NCBI GenBank assembly: GCA_039589315.1 | Contig: JBDHHQ010000011.1 | Location: forward strand, 1 to 64,000 | DNA from: Gemmatimonadota bacterium | GTDB lineage: Bacteria > Gemmatimonadota > Gemmatimonadetes > Longimicrobiales > Gaopeijiaceae | Length of the DNA: 64,000 nt | Reading direction: 5' to 3' | Shown: piece after piece, positions 28,796 to 39,082 of the stretch | Position numbering within the stretch: the stretch's first letter is position 1 | Layout: every line of letters begins with the position of its first letter | Made by a program: the position numbers and the translations under genes | The notes under the pieces: generated by a model | Told to the model about the DNA's origin: nothing | Database searches by the model: none | Seen by the model: the letters and a program-made list of their open reading frames with translations, nothing else

Positions 28796-30136
28796 CTACT
28801 GCCTGGCCAGCTGCTCCGCCTCCGGAATGGGAAACTCGCTGTTGTGCCGGTGGTTGGCGTTGTCCAGCGGCAGCTCACTCAGCTTGTTGTAGCGGCGCAT
28901 GTCGATCCAGCGGTGGCCCCCCTCGAACAGCAGCGAGAGCCACTTCTGGGTCAACAGCTCGTCCAGGATGTTCGAAGCGCTCAGGTCGTCCCTGGCCTCG
29001 AGGCCCCCGGACTGGGTCCTGATCAGGTTGATGTCGGCTGCCGCGGCGGCCACGTTGCCCAACCCGATATTGGCCTCGGCCCGGAGCAGGATGAGCTCCT
29101 CGTTCTTGATGATCGGGACGGAAGCGGACGCGTCGTTGTAGATCTTGAACGCCACGTCCGAGCTCACGCCCAGTCGCGTCCGCTCCTCGATGGGTCGCGT
29201 CTTGGCGTCGACCCGGTCGTCGAGGTCACCGTTGGCCTTTCTGGGCGAATCCGAGATGAGGGACGGATGCGCCAGGATGTCGGGCGAGTCACCCGGGTCG
29301 AAGAGGTTGTTCCTCGTATCGCCCGAGCCGGTCCCGAACGTGTGATAGGCGCCCAGATCGAACGGCGCGTCAGCGTCCAGGAACGAGGCCTGCAGGGCGG
29401 TCAGTGCCTCGTTGAAGTTCCCTGTGTACACCGCTACTCGGGCCTTCAGCGCCCGGTTGAACTCGATGAAGGTGGAGGGCGTGTCGAAGCCCGCGAATCC
29501 CGAGTGGACCTGGAAGGGGAACGCGTCTCCACCGGCTTGGAGGTGCGAGCGTGCCTCGTCGAGTAGCCGCGCGACTTCGGCGAACACCGCGTTCTTGTCT
29601 TCGATGGGCGCCGGGTCGTCGGTGGGCGGACGATTCGTGTCCACGACGCCCCCGTTCACGTCCCGGGTGTTCACGACCCGCAGCAGGTCCAGGGCCTGCC
29701 ACGTCCTGGCCCAGCCGCGGATCGCCTCCAGCTCGTCCTGATCCAGCCCCTGTACGGCGTCAAGCGCGTCGAGCAGGATGTTGGCGTTGCGGATGTTTTG
29801 GTATCGGCTGGTCCAGAGGTTGGCGCCGAACGCCGGGCTCCCGGGATCCAGCTCGCCCTCCAGCATCTCGGTGATGAAACGCGGGTCGGACCCGTCGAAG
29901 TTGTACGACTCGCGCCCGAGGATGCCCAGGAGCGAGGTATACCCGTTTCGGGTCCCCGCCTGGGCGCGTCCTCCGACCATCAGGCCCTGGGCGGCGGTGA
30001 AGACCCCGGCCGGTGTCGGGTTGGTGGCCAGGTCTTCGAGGCTCGGGTTGTTGAGGTCGGGGACCGTCAACTCGTCGGTACATCCTGCCAGGGCGAACGT
30101 CCCGAGCAGGAACAGTGCCATCAAGGCCCTATGCAT
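28796..30136 (-). CDS. RagB/SusD-family nutrient-binding lipoprotein
   Basis: Lipobox LAGC; EELILLRAEA, LFEGGHRWIDMRR, FPIP.AE. Confidence 0.92.
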   Translation of the reverse strand: MHRALMALFLLGTFALAGCTDELTVPDLNNPSLEDLATNPTPAGVFTAAQGLMVGGRAQAGTRNGYTSLLGILGRESYNFDGSDPRFITEMLEGELDPGSPAFGANLWTSRYQNIRNANILLDALDAVQGLDQDELEAIRGWARTWQALDLLRVVNTRDVNGGVVDTNRPPTDDPAPIEDKNAVFAEVARLLDEARSHLQAGGDAFPFQVHSGFAGFDTPSTFIEFNRALKARVAVYTGNFNEALTALQASFLDADAPFDLGAYHTFGTGSGDTRNNLFDPGDSPDILAHPSLISDSPRKANGDLDDRVDAKTRPIEERTRLGVSSDVAFKIYNDASASVPIIKNEELILLRAEANIGLGNVAAAAADINLIRTQSGGLEARDDLSASNILDELLTQKWLSLLFEGGHRWIDMRRYNKLSELPLDNANHRHNSEFPIPEAEQLARQ

Positions 30137-30180
30137 GGTGACCTGCCTCGTCTGTCGGTTCTCAGTCTTGGGTCGCATGG

Positions 30181-33159
30181 CTAGAACCCCAGGTCGAAGC
30201 TGAGCCAGAAGCTACGGCTGGGTGGGAAGGGCGCGACGTCGATATTCCGGGCGACTGCCTGGTTGCCGAAGTTGCTCACCTCGGGATCCAGGCCCGAATA
30301 GCCGGTGAACACCAGCAGGTTCCGTGCACCGAGTCGGATTTGGAAGTTGTCCAGCCAAGCGCCGAACCAGCCCTGTATCGTGTTCCGCGGGAATGTGTAG
30401 GTGAGGGCGAGCTCCCTCCATTTGAGGTAGGAGGCGTCCTCGAAGTATCCGCGACTGTCGCCGTTGAGCCAACGGCCCAGGCGCTGTGCGCCCAGCGGCC
30501 CTTCGATCATGGTGCCGTCGCCCAGGTCGAAGGCCTCCACCGACTCGTCATGGTCCACGTAGTTCTGACCGAAGTCGTACAACAGCTTGGTCAGGTTCAC
30601 GACCGTGCCGCCCTGCTGCCAGTCGACGAGGGCGTAGATATTGAAGTTGCCGAAGCTGAAGTCGTTCACGAACGACCACTTGAAGTCCGGGTTGGCATTC
30701 CCGATGGCCCCGACGATCTGGCTGCCGTCCGGGTTCTTCCCGAGGTTGGTCACGATCTGCGTGGCAGACTCGCCTACCTCGATCTGGAAGCTGCCCAGTG
30801 ACGTCCCGAACCCACCGGTACGGAACGACGGGACCGGCAGCTCCTTGATCTCGCTGCGGTCGAGGAAGTAGGTCGTGCGGAAGATCCACTGGAAGCTCTG
30901 GGTGTTTACGAACGTGGTCGCCAGCGCCGCCTCGATGCCCCGCACCTGCAGCTTGCCGCCGTTGAAGAACTCGGTGGTGAAGCCGCTCGACGGCGCGAGG
31001 GTCCTCTGGAGCAGAAGGTCCGAGATGTTCTTCTGGTAGGCCGTCAGCTCCAAGCTGGCCGAGCCGTCGAACCCGATCACGTCGATCCCGGCCTCGAACT
31101 CGCTCTGCCGCTCGGGCTTGAGCCCCTCGTCGCCGGTCTGACCGCCAACGATGATGCCGGGTATGCCCTGGACGTTCTGCGTCCCGTCCAACGGCGTGAA
31201 CTTCTGACCGAATAGGGGCCGGTTGCCGCTCTGGCCCCAGGCGCCGCGAATCTTGATCTCCTCGATCCCACCGGGGCTCAACACGAACCGGTAGGAGCTG
31301 GCTGCCTTGGGATACCAGAACCACTGGCCGGGGTCGCCGTTCGCGGAGCTCTTGTCCGCCCGGAGTCCCGCCGACACGAGCAGCCGCTCGTCTGCCAGGA
31401 GCCAATCGCTTTGCGCGTACCCACCGATGTCCTTCACGAGAATTCGGGTCTGGCTCACGTCCTTCACCGTGCCGGCATCCACGTTCGGCTGGCCGGCGAT
31501 CAGGTTCTGGCTCGTGATCCTGGCCACGTCCAGGTCGGCACGCTCGTACTGAAATCCTCCCGAGGTGGTCGCCGTGTACGAACTGCCCGTGTACGTGTGC
31601 ACCAGGTTGGCGTCGATGTTGAGGTTCAGGTTGCTGCTGTTGGAAAGGAGCGACGTACCGATGAGACCGTCGTTCGGCTCGTATTGGAGCTCCGGCGGCG
31701 AGAACAGCGAGTTCTTCTGCGCGAAGTAGTCCACACCGGTATTGATCCGCGCCCGCAGCTGTTGGCTCGATGTATTGGCGATGTCGAACTGGAGGTTCGC
31801 CGCGGTGATGAACCGCCACACGTCCTCGACATTGTCCAACAGATCCGATGTCTGCAGCGGGTTGCTTCGCTCGAACGGATTGTCGGGATAGGTGCCGTCC
31901 GCCTCCCGCTGTAGGCTGACGAAGTTGGGCGTGAACGGGAACACCATGTACCAGCTGGTCCCGGAGTTGTCGTTGTTGGTGAGCCCGCGCTCCGCCTCGG
32001 TGTGAATCACGTTGCTGTTCAGACGCAAGGTCCACGAGTTGAACAGCCGCTGCTCCAGATTCAGCCGGAAGGACTGCTTCTTGAAGCCGGTGTTCTTGAC
32101 GATCCCCTCGTCGCTCTTCCAGAGGCCCGAGGCGAAGAAGCGCGTGTTCTGGGTCCCCCCGTTGACGCTGAACACGGTCTCTGACGACAGCGAGTTCCGG
32201 CCAGCCAGGAGCTCTTCGTTGTCGAACGTCTGGCCCTGATTCCAGAGGTCGACGCCGGACTGACCGAAGGCGTTCATCACGTCGTCTTCGGTCTGGAAGG
32301 TCCTGGACCCGAGCTTGTTCGAGAGGGAGAACATCCCGAACCGTTGTGACAGCCGGAAGTCGAGGTCACCCGGCGTGCCCCTCTTGGTCGTGATGATGAC
32401 CACGCCGTTGGCGGCCTTGGACCCGTACGACGCCGCCGCAGATGCCCCCTTCAGGACCTCGATCCGCTCGATGTCTTCGGGGTTCAGGTCCACGATGCGG
32501 TTCACCAGCGCGTCCTGTGTGAGCGAGGGGTTGGAGCCCCCGCTCGCCAGCGTGATGGCGTTCTGGTTCGACGGGATCGCGGCGTTGCTCACGATCACGC
32601 CGTCCACCACGTACAGCGGCTCGGAGGCGCCGTTGATGGTGGAGGTACCGCGGAGTCGGACCTGCACGCCGCCGCCTGGAGCACCCGAGTTGGTCTCGAT
32701 CAGGGCGCCGGCCACCTTGCCCGTGAGCTGCTTCTCGATGGTCTCGGCGGGCGCCCGCTCGAACTCCACCGATTCGACCGTGCCGACCGCGTTCGCGAGG
32801 TTTCGCTTCGAGATCGCCGTGGCTCGCCCGGTGACCACGATGCCCTCGACCAGAAGCAGGTCCGAGGCCATCGAGATCATGACGTTGCTCTCGCCCGCGC
32901 CGACGGTCATTTCGGCGGTTCTGTAGCCGATGAGCGTAACCCGCAGCTGGACTTCCCCGGTCGGAGACCGGACCTGGAAGTCGCCGTCGGCGTCGCTGAT
33001 CGTTGCGAAGGCCGTACCGACCACCTGGACCACGGCGTCGGGCAGGCCCTGGCCCTGGTCGGCGGCCGTGACCTGGCCCGTGATTGCCCGCTCCTGCGCT
33101 TGGAGCGGAGCGCCCCAGAGGAGAGCGAGTGCCGCAATGAAGACTGGAGTACGCCTCAT
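30181..33159 (-). CDS. SusC/RagA-family TonB-dependent outer membrane protein
   Basis: PLYVVDG, DLNPEDIERIEVLKGASAAASYGSKAANGVVIITTKRG, YSGLDPEV; terminal Phe. Confidence 0.95.
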   Translation of the reverse strand: MRRTPVFIAALALLWGAPLQAQERAITGQVTAADQGQGLPDAVVQVVGTAFATISDADGDFQVRSPTGEVQLRVTLIGYRTAEMTVGAGESNVMISMASDLLLVEGIVVTGRATAISKRNLANAVGTVESVEFERAPAETIEKQLTGKVAGALIETNSGAPGGGVQVRLRGTSTINGASEPLYVVDGVIVSNAAIPSNQNAITLASGGSNPSLTQDALVNRIVDLNPEDIERIEVLKGASAAASYGSKAANGVVIITTKRGTPGDLDFRLSQRFGMFSLSNKLGSRTFQTEDDVMNAFGQSGVDLWNQGQTFDNEELLAGRNSLSSETVFSVNGGTQNTRFFASGLWKSDEGIVKNTGFKKQSFRLNLEQRLFNSWTLRLNSNVIHTEAERGLTNNDNSGTSWYMVFPFTPNFVSLQREADGTYPDNPFERSNPLQTSDLLDNVEDVWRFITAANLQFDIANTSSQQLRARINTGVDYFAQKNSLFSPPELQYEPNDGLIGTSLLSNSSNLNLNIDANLVHTYTGSSYTATTSGGFQYERADLDVARITSQNLIAGQPNVDAGTVKDVSQTRILVKDIGGYAQSDWLLADERLLVSAGLRADKSSANGDPGQWFWYPKAASSYRFVLSPGGIEEIKIRGAWGQSGNRPLFGQKFTPLDGTQNVQGIPGIIVGGQTGDEGLKPERQSEFEAGIDVIGFDGSASLELTAYQKNISDLLLQRTLAPSSGFTTEFFNGGKLQVRGIEAALATTFVNTQSFQWIFRTTYFLDRSEIKELPVPSFRTGGFGTSLGSFQIEVGESATQIVTNLGKNPDGSQIVGAIGNANPDFKWSFVNDFSFGNFNIYALVDWQQGGTVVNLTKLLYDFGQNYVDHDESVEAFDLGDGTMIEGPLGAQRLGRWLNGDSRGYFEDASYLKWRELALTYTFPRNTIQGWFGAWLDNFQIRLGARNLLVFTGYSGLDPEVSNFGNQAVARNIDVAPFPPSRSFWLSFDLGF

Positions 33160-33587
33160 GCTGCCTCCTTCGGCGGGTCGCCGATTGGTGAGGATCGGCC
33201 TGCGTCGGACGTGTTCTCAGGGGGGCATTCAACCTCGAACCATTCTTGCGAAACTGTAAGACTTCTGCAAGAAAAACCCGTAACTGGCGGCGCTTCAACG
33301 CGTTCGTCGTAGACGGGCGCGTGTGGGGTGCGGGCGGCCGGCACGCCCGACAGGGCTCGCGGGAGAGTAGTGGAGGGAGGGAGGGGCCTTGGCGCAGCCC
33401 GGCGAGCGTCCGCCGCGTCGCTCGGCTCAGGACATGGGTGGGGGGACGGGCCGGCGCCCGTCGGCGCATCTCAGGTGATTCGGCCCCGGGTCCAGGTGGG
33501 GAGTCCGGGCCAGTGCCCCCGGCCGTGACTTCGGGTGGGTCGGCCCTGGATCCGAGTGCGGACGCCCGGGCGTCGGGGGGATGGGGC

Positions 33588-34268
33588 CTATTCGGTGCCG
33601 GGCCACACCAGGCGGTATCCAATCCCGCGAACAGTCGCCACCATGCGGTCTTCGCCCCGCGCTTCCAGTTTCTTGCGGAGGTTGGCCACGTGGACGTCGA
33701 CCACGCGCGTGCACGGGTCGAATCGTATGTCCCAAACCCGGTCCAGAAGCTCCCGCCGCGACACGGTCTCGCCGGGGCATTCCATCAGCGTCGACAGCAG
33801 GCGGCACTCCGTGTCCGTGAGCTTGATGGGGCGTTCTCCACGACGGGCCGTGCGCTCGGCTTCGTCCAGCTCCAGGTCGGCGAATCGCGTGACCCTGGCC
33901 CGACCCGGTCCGGAACGCCGCTTCAGCGCCCTCACCCGGGCCAGCAGCTCACTGAGCTCGAAGGGCTTGGTCAGGTAATCGTCTGCTCCGGCATCGAGAC
34001 CCTTCACGATGTCTTCCGTCGAGCAGAGCGCGGTCAGCATCAGGATGGGTGTGGCGTCTCCGCGGGCACGGAGCTCCGAAGCCACTTCGAAGCCGCTCCT
34101 TCCGGGGAGCATGATGTCAAGGATGATGACGTCGTAATCCCCGTCGTGCGCCATCGCCAGCCCGGTAGAGCCGCTTCTCGCGATGTCGGCGCCGTGTCCC
34201 TCTCGCTTGAGCCCTTTTTGGATAGCTCGAGCTACGGCGGGCTCGTCCTCGATGATCAGGAACTGCAT
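33588..34268 (-). CDS. OmpR/PhoB-family response regulator
   Basis: IEDE, ILDIMLPG, GADDYLTKPF, VVDVHVANLRKK, TVRGIGY. Confidence 0.93.
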   Translation of the reverse strand: MQFLIIEDEPAVARAIQKGLKREGHGADIARSGSTGLAMAHDGDYDVIILDIMLPGRSGFEVASELRARGDATPILMLTALCSTEDIVKGLDAGADDYLTKPFELSELLARVRALKRRSGPGRARVTRFADLELDEAERTARRGERPIKLTDTECRLLSTLMECPGETVSRRELLDRVWDIRFDPCTRVVDVHVANLRKKLEARGEDRMVATVRGIGYRLVWPGTE

Positions 34269-34855
34269 ATCTGGTTCGCTAACACCTCGTTGTCGGTTCC
34301 GCCATCTCCGCCGCAGTGCAACCGTCGAGTGTCGTGTCGCCACGGGAGACCCCCGCGTGGGCTTTCTTCCCACCGAAGAATGCGATCGACCGTGCAATCG
34401 AATTGATAAGATCGCTTAACAATCAACACATGATGCGCACTGATTCCCCAACTTGTCGAGGCGTGAGGGGACTGAGTCCCCGTCCCGCCACAACTCGGGA
34501 GTGTTGGCGTGGCCATGGAACCCGCCGAAGCGTGAGCCCGACGCCGTGCTGAGCACGGCCTCGAACGAGCCCTTCACCATGGTCACGCCAACCTCGCGGG
34601 GGGAAGCTACACGGGTCACGCCCTGGGGCTCCCCTGTTCCGTTGTTCCCGTTTTCCCTACCCCGGCCGTCCGCTTCACCCTCGAATCGCGGACTGGCTCC
34701 TGGGCAATCCTGACAGGCCCCGCGCTGTTCCGCCATCCGCCCGTCTCCCCACCGAGTCCGCGTCACCCCGCCGAGTTCCCGGGACTGGCGTAGAGCCACC
34801 GGCAGGGTCATCCTGGGCAACGATCTGGCCTCGACCTCCCCCGTCCGGACCATCG

Positions 34856-36103
34856 ATGCAAGAATCCAGCGCGCTGATCACCAACGACGCCGTCGTTCTC
34901 GGCCTCCTGGCCGCGACCCTGGGTGTCATCTTCTGGACTGCCGCGAGCGACCGGCCATTCTTCCGGAAGTTCTACCGGTACGTGCCCGTCCTCCTGATCT
35001 GCTACTTCGTCCCGTCGCTCTACAACACCTTCGGGCTCGTCGACGCAGAACAATCACGCTTGTACTTCGTGGCGTCGCGCTATCTTCTGCCCGCCACCCT
35101 CGTGCTGCTCACGCTCAGCATCGATCTCCAGGCCATCCTGCGCCTGGGCCCCAAGGCATTGATCATGTTCCTCACCGGGACGACGGGGATCATCCTGGGC
35201 GGGCCGTTGGCGATCCTGATCTTCTCGGTAGTGAACCCGGACGTCGTGGGCGGCGCAGGTCCTGACGCGGTCTGGCGTGGCCTCACGACGCTGGCGGGCA
35301 GCTGGATCGGAGGGGGGGCCAACCAGGCGGCCATGAAGGAGGTCTTCGAGGTCAGCGATCAGCTCTTCTCCGCCATGGTGGCGGTGGACGTGCTCATCGC
35401 GAACGCGTGGCTCGCGATCCTGCTCTACATGGCGGGTGAGTCGAAGCAGATCGACGCCCGCCTCGGCGCCGACACGACCGCCCTGGACGACCTCCAGCGC
35501 AGGGTGAGCGAGTTCCAGGAGAAGCACGCCCGGGTATCGTCCATGACCGACATCATGCTGATCATGGCGGTGGGGTTCGGGGTCACCGGCTTCTCCCACC
35601 TTCTGGCGGACTGGATCGCGCCCTGGATCGGGCGAAGCGCCCCCCAGCTCGAGCGACTCAGCCTGGACAGCCAGTTCTTCTGGCTCGTGGTCATCGCCAC
35701 CACGGTGGGGCTCGTCCTGTCGTTCACCCGGGCACGGGAGCTGGAGGGCGCCGGCGCCTCGAAGGTGGGGTCGGTAATGCTCTACATCCTGATCGCCACC
35801 ATAGGCATGGGCATGGACATCGGGGCCGTCGTGGAGCGCCCGGCGCTGTTCGCGCTCGGGGCCGTGTGGATGGCCATCCACGCCGTGCTGCTGCTCGCGG
35901 TGGGCCGGGCAATCAAGGCGCCCACCTTCTACCTGGCGGTGGGGAGCCAGGCCAACGTCGGTGGCGCCGCCTCGGCGCCGGTGGTGGCGTCGGCGTTCCA
36001 CCCGACTCTGGCGCCGGTGGGCGTGCTCCTGGCCGTGCTGGGGTATGCGGTCGGCACCTATGGAGCGTGGCTGTGTGGGCAGCTCATGCGCATGGTGGCC
36101 TAG
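34856..36103 (+). CDS. DUF819 family membrane protein
   Basis: AGSWIGGGANQAA and SQANVGGAASAP motifs. Confidence 0.88.
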   Translation: MQESSALITNDAVVLGLLAATLGVIFWTAASDRPFFRKFYRYVPVLLICYFVPSLYNTFGLVDAEQSRLYFVASRYLLPATLVLLTLSIDLQAILRLGPKALIMFLTGTTGIILGGPLAILIFSVVNPDVVGGAGPDAVWRGLTTLAGSWIGGGANQAAMKEVFEVSDQLFSAMVAVDVLIANAWLAILLYMAGESKQIDARLGADTTALDDLQRRVSEFQEKHARVSSMTDIMLIMAVGFGVTGFSHLLADWIAPWIGRSAPQLERLSLDSQFFWLVVIATTVGLVLSFTRARELEGAGASKVGSVMLYILIATIGMGMDIGAVVERPALFALGAVWMAIHAVLLLAVGRAIKAPTFYLAVGSQANVGGAASAPVVASAFHPTLAPVGVLLAVLGYAVGTYGAWLCGQLMRMVA

Positions 36104-36237
36104 CTCCACGTCTTCCGGCCCGGCGCTTCGCCTGCAGCCCGAGCGCCATCCGCGCCTCCGTGCGGGGGGCAGTCGTGCCCTCGCGCCGCGCCCCGGAGCG
36201 GTCCGGTCAGCGCGACGACCTTCTGCGCGGGCTCCGC

Positions 36238-36414
36238 CTAGGGCAGGTCTCGTCTCGTGAGCTGCGGGAATGCCTTCTCGCACTCTTCGCAGTCCTTGCC
36301 GAGCTCCTGACAGGGGACACCGTCTGCCTGAGCCTGCGCGCACGGTGGCCAGCCCTCGTCCAGCCATCTCGATTCGTGCGGTTCCTGCTGGTCTGCGCCA
36401 CGTGGATCCTTCAT
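36238..36414 (-). CDS. Small Cys-rich protein (58 aa)
   Basis: MKDPRG...PPCAQAQADGVPCQELGKDCEECEK; GGGGGTG RBS-like sequence upstream. Confidence 0.5.
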   Translation of the reverse strand: MKDPRGADQQEPHESRWLDEGWPPCAQAQADGVPCQELGKDCEECEKAFPQLTRRDLP

Positions 36415-36810
36415 GGTGCTGTCACCCCCGGGCCAGCGAGTCGCCTGCCACCGATCACGATCCCGAGACATGAGGCGGCTCGGCCACCGATCGGGTGCCT
36501 GCCCGTACATAATCGATTCGGCGGCCTCGCGGGATCGGACAATGCTTGAAAAGCGTGTGGGGCATTCTCCCCGAGGGGCCCGCCCGGAGCCCCGCCGGCG
36601 GGCGCTCCGCCCCGGCGTCTCGGGACGCGGACCGGTCGGAAGCTCGGGCGACCCGAACGAGATGAGGGCGGCGGGGGCGGGAGGTCGGACGAGCGGTAGG
36701 GATCTACCCCACCGCAGACAGGGAGACTTTCCCGACCGAGGGTTCCTGCCTCGCGGCGGTAGTTTGGTCAGAGAAGCATAGTAGGCCTCCGCTCGAGCGC
36801 AGGAGGTCGG

Positions 36811-39069
36811 ATGATCGAAATCCGGATCCACGGCCGCGGTGGACAGGGCGGTGTCACGCTGGCCAAGCTCATCGCCACGGCCCGATTCCTGGAGGGGGAC
36901 TCCGTCCAGGCGTTCGGCCTCTACGCCGCCGAGCGCTCCGGGGCGCCAGTGCAGGCGTTCTGCCGGTATGACGGCGAGCCCATCACCAACCGCAACCTGA
37001 TCTACGAGCCGGACCACGTCGTAGTCCTGGATCCGACCCTGATCGGCCCCGGGATCCTGGGCGGGTTGAAGCCCGGTGGGTGGATCCTCCTGAACAGCGC
37101 CGACCCACCCGAGGCGTTCGCGGACCGCTTCGCCGAAAACCGGCTGGCTACGGTGGACGCCACGAAGATCGCTCGAGCCAACGGCCTGGGCACGCGGACC
37201 GTTCCCATCGTGAACACCGCCCTGGCGGGGGCGGTGGCGGGCGTGCTGGGCCTCCCCCTCGGGGAGATGGAAGCCGCCCTCGACCACCTTGGGTTCGGCG
37301 GGGGCAACCTGAGCGCCGCTCGGCAGGCGGCCGAGACGGTGCGGACGCTGGCGCCGCGGGGTGTGGCGTCGCTCCCTTCCGGCCCCCCCTCTACCGGAGC
37401 CCTCGTCCACGCTGAGCGCGGACACAGCTTCGTGGAAGGCGCGGGCGGAGACATGCCCAAGATCCACACGGGGGAGTGGTCCACCCAGCAGCCTGCCCGG
37501 CAACAGTTCGTGCCCCCGTGCAACCACGTTTGTCCCGCCGGCAACGACGTGCAGGGCTTCCTCCGGGCCCTGGCCGAGGACCGTCCGGACGACGCGCTGG
37601 CCATCCTGCTCGAAACAACCCCGTTCCCGTCGGTGTGCGGTCGCGTCTGTCCCGCTCCTTGCGTGGCGTCCTGCAACCGGATTCAGCTCGACGGGGCCGT
37701 GAACGTCCCTCAGCTCGAGCGACTCGCCGGGGACACCGGGCAGGCCACGGTGCAGCGGGCGTCCGAGCGGCGGGAGTCTGTCGCCGTCGTGGGATCGGGC
37801 CCGGGCGGATTGTCGGCCGCATACCATCTGGCCCGGCTGGGGTACCGTGTCACGGTCTACGAGGCTTCCGGCGAGGTCGGTGGCCTGCTGCGCACGGGCA
37901 TCCCCGACTTCCGGCTGCCCAAGGCGGTGCTGGAACGGGAAGTCGAGAGAATCCTGGACCTGGGGGTGAGCGTCGAGACCGGAGCCCGGGTCGGCAGGCG
38001 GGAGCTCCTCGATCTCACGCGGCGACACGACGCGGTTCTGGTGGCCACCGGGTTGCAGCAGCTCCGGGATCTGCGTCTCGGGCTCGGCGACGAACCCGGG
38101 GTGGAGCAGGGCATCGTCTTCCTGGACCGAGCGCGCCAGGGAGACGTTCGCGTGGACAATGAGGACGTGGTCGTCGTGGGCGGGGGGAACACCGCCATGG
38201 ACGCCGCGCGCTCCGCTCTCCGTCTCGGGGCTGCCACGGTCCGGGTCGTGTACCGTCGCACCCGGAACGAGATGCCGGCCATCGTCGAGGAGATCGACGA
38301 GGCGCTCGAGGAGGGTGTCGTCATGGATCTCCTGACCCAACCCGTGGCGCTGGCGCGGGCCGCCGCGGGCAACGGGGTGCCTGCGCGGTACGTTATCACC
38401 TGCCGGCGAATGGAGCTCGGGGAGCCCGACGAATCCGGGCGCCGGCGACCCGTGGAGGTGCCGGCATCCGACTTCGTCCTCGAGTGCGACCGCGTCATTC
38501 TCGCCCTGGGCCAGTCCCCCGACATCAGCGTCTTCCCCGAGGGCACCGAGGTCAGGGAGGGCGCGGCGCTACTCGGCCTCCTGGAGACTCCCGTGTTCGC
38601 GGTGGGCGACCTGGCCACCAACGACGGGACGGTGGCGGGTGCCATCGGGAGCGGACGCCGCACCGCCTTCCACGTCCACAACTCCATCGGGGGTGGGCAC
38701 CTGGCACTGGATGAGCATGCGGCGCGCCGGACCGACGTCGACGTATGGCAGGACGAGGTGATCCGGGCCGAGGCCCTGCGCCTCCACCTGTTCGAGCGGA
38801 CGCCGGCTACGGCGGCGGCGACGCTGCCCATGGACGTGCGTCGCACGACGTTCGACGAGGTGCACATGGGCCTGGTCGACGCGGCCGAAGCCCGCCGCTG
38901 CCTCTCGTGCGGCGTGTGCAACGACTGCGACCTTTGCATCACGTATTGCCCGGAGGGGGTGCTGAAGCGGGTGGGCCGCGAGCTGGTCTTCGACCACGCC
39001 TACTGCAAGGGCTGCGGGATCTGCGTGACGGAGTGCCCCAGAAATGTCGTCTACATGAGCCACCTTTGA
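36811..39069 (+). CDS. 2-oxoacid:acceptor oxidoreductase gamma subunit fused to a GltD/DsrL-like FAD/NAD(P) oxidoreductase and a delta-like 2[4Fe-4S] domain
   Basis: IRIHGRGGQG and AERSGAP; PPCNHVCPAG, CGRVCPAPC, GSGPGG, GGGNTAMD, YRR; RCLSCGVCNDCDLC...CP and CKGCGIC..ECP. Confidence 0.9.
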   Translation: MIEIRIHGRGGQGGVTLAKLIATARFLEGDSVQAFGLYAAERSGAPVQAFCRYDGEPITNRNLIYEPDHVVVLDPTLIGPGILGGLKPGGWILLNSADPPEAFADRFAENRLATVDATKIARANGLGTRTVPIVNTALAGAVAGVLGLPLGEMEAALDHLGFGGGNLSAARQAAETVRTLAPRGVASLPSGPPSTGALVHAERGHSFVEGAGGDMPKIHTGEWSTQQPARQQFVPPCNHVCPAGNDVQGFLRALAEDRPDDALAILLETTPFPSVCGRVCPAPCVASCNRIQLDGAVNVPQLERLAGDTGQATVQRASERRESVAVVGSGPGGLSAAYHLARLGYRVTVYEASGEVGGLLRTGIPDFRLPKAVLEREVERILDLGVSVETGARVGRRELLDLTRRHDAVLVATGLQQLRDLRLGLGDEPGVEQGIVFLDRARQGDVRVDNEDVVVVGGGNTAMDAARSALRLGAATVRVVYRRTRNEMPAIVEEIDEALEEGVVMDLLTQPVALARAAAGNGVPARYVITCRRMELGEPDESGRRRPVEVPASDFVLECDRVILALGQSPDISVFPEGTEVREGAALLGLLETPVFAVGDLATNDGTVAGAIGSGRRTAFHVHNSIGGGHLALDEHAARRTDVDVWQDEVIRAEALRLHLFERTPATAAATLPMDVRRTTFDEVHMGLVDAAEARRCLSCGVCNDCDLCITYCPEGVLKRVGRELVFDHAYCKGCGICVTECPRNVVYMSHL

Positions 39070-39082
39070 CGAGGCAGAGGCC

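Noticed and set aside
36415..38340. 700-aa minus-strand ORF
   Set aside because: Antisense to the oxidoreductase fusion; only the last 58 codons look like a real gene.
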